A DNA stretch of 64,000 nucleotides from Eledone cirrhosa. Its lineage: Eukaryota. The DNA lies in contig OZ024764.1 of assembly GCA_964016885.1 (NCBI GenBank), positions 27,404,001 through 27,468,000 of the forward strand, written 5' to 3'. Shown piece after piece: positions 62,300 through 64,000 of this stretch (positions are counted from its first letter, which is position 1; every line of letters begins with the position of its first letter). Under the pieces are notes generated by a model. The model saw only the letters and a program-made list of their open reading frames with translations. It did not search any database and was not told the DNA's origin. The translations under genes and the position numbers were made by a program.

Positions 62300-64000
62300 A
62301 TGCAAATAGACTTAGAATGGAAAACATTCAGACAGAGAAGAATGGATAATGAGCGTCATAAGAGAAATTGGCCAACAATTAATATTAATGGAAATCTAGA
62401 AGAATTTCATATTAGTGATATGAATGTTTCGTGTGATCACTGTGAAGCTTTGAAATTTAGAAATGAAAATTGTAACTGTTGTAATAAAGGAAAGGTTGTG
62501 TTGCCTCCATTGCAAATATACCCCGAGAGACTGAGAAATCTCTTTGAAAGAGGCCAGGAAGCAGTTGATTTCACAGAAACATCTGCAATTAAAACTACAT
62601 TTATTTCACTTCATTTGGTGTTACCACCCGGCAGAGGCCCGTATAGCTTTCATATTCAGGGTCAAACATATCACTACACCCCCACCTCTGTAACCTGCAG
62701 AAAATACACCACAATATGGCCAGTTATATATTATTGATGGGAACGAAGGTGTGTAGCACAGATTGGAAGTACAACCAAATAATTGTTTCTGGCACAAGAC
62801 CAGCAATTACTGGTACTTTATTCTATCGACCTAATAAGGATGAAAACAAAGTCAACCTTGGAGGGATTTGAACCCAGAACGTAAAGGGCCATAACCCTAT
62901 GCTGCAAAGCATGGTGTCTGACGCTCTACCGATACTGCCAATCCACCGCCCTAGTACCAACAAATAATGACTGCTCACCACAAAAAATGGCTATGATAAG
63001 AGAGGTGTTGCATGAATGTTATCCATATGTCGAAGTGTACAATACAATGCATGGCATCAAACAGCAAAGTGCAAGAAGAGAAAATTGTCGTGTACAGAAC
63101 TGTGAATTAAGATTTAGAAGAGGATCAGATATGAGCTGCTATAATTTACCAACTAGTAATGATAGCTGTTGTTTTGTGGGGTTTGAGGGCAGACCACCTG
63201 TACAAAGAGATATTATCATCTTTCCTAAAGACCATCCTCCTCAGAAAATATCACATAATTCATGCCACTTGGACCTCATGACTGACCCATAATGGTGAAT
63301 TTTGGTGGCATAGTGACATGGAGAGGAATGCAGGACCTGTGTTTGCAATAGACTGACAATGCAGGAGTATTACATATACAGTATAGCATATAGAGGAGGA
63401 TTTAGTGTGATATATAGGGCAGGTAAATTATTTTAGCAGTATTTAGTGGATGCCTATATGAAAGTAGAGGGATGCAGGCTTCTATATTTGAGGAACAATC
63501 AAGCCCAATTGTGAGTGGATGAGTATAATGGTTTAATGAATTATCTAAACAGATGATAACACTGAGCCTTAAAAAATGAAGACAAGATAAGAAACAGAGA
63601 AGACATTGACAGAATCGTGTCAGCAGAAATACCTGCATTGGAAGATGATCCAGTACTACATGAGCAGGTTTAAAAGTTTATGATCCACAGGCCATGTGGT
63701 TCTGGAAACCCTTTTCCCCCATTTATACAAAATGGATTTTTCCAAAAGAACTATCCAAAAACCTACAGAAGGGAAACATTATTGAACCTAAATGGATACC
63801 CAGAGTACAGGAGGTGCAAGACAGGAACTGCAGTGTAAATTGGATGACATTCAGTAGATAACAGGAATGTTGTGCCATTTAATGCCTTTTTGATTAAGAA
63901 ATATTGTGCACATATTAATGTTGAAGTTTGCGCTTCTGTAAAAAGTGTCAAGTACCTCTTTAAATATGTTACATGGGGCATGATTGTACATCTATAGAAG
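62300..64000 (+). pseudogene. Helitron RepHel copy F, cut by the window end; SINE at 62784-62952
   Basis: Paralog of copy C up to KYLFKYV..GHD. Confidence 0.93.

Overview
AT-rich eukaryotic DNA made almost entirely of repeats. The SINE and LINE-tail sequences resemble octopus (coleoid cephalopod) repeats, which is an inference from recalled consensus and not a database result. I find no intact protein-coding gene. The window is part of a large tandem segmental duplication: 29275-39530 recurs at 53765-64000 (offset about 24.5 kb), and 1-7830 recurs, rearranged, at about 40.9-51.9 kb. The repeating unit holds dead Helitron Rep/Pif1-helicase copies (6 copies or fragments), a 5'-truncated RTE-type LINE, CRE-like restriction-like-endonuclease fragments, tRNA-derived SINEs, hAT- and piggyBac-like MITEs, a fold-back composite, and 55-bp and 40-bp minisatellites. 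Positions 7830-27470 are a composite satellite alternating (GA)n/GAGATGAAAC blocks with 46-bp repeats. It has higher-order structure and two head-to-head orientation switches. A single unexpanded module of the same satellite sits at 52075-53747. The most unusual local structure is at 48033-48800: a perfect 30-bp snap-back hairpin at a Helitron break, followed by an 89-bp array built from alternately inverted 28-bp arms, sitting at the junction of a 1.86-kb tandem duplication. The long ORFs in the GA/CT tracts are artefacts.
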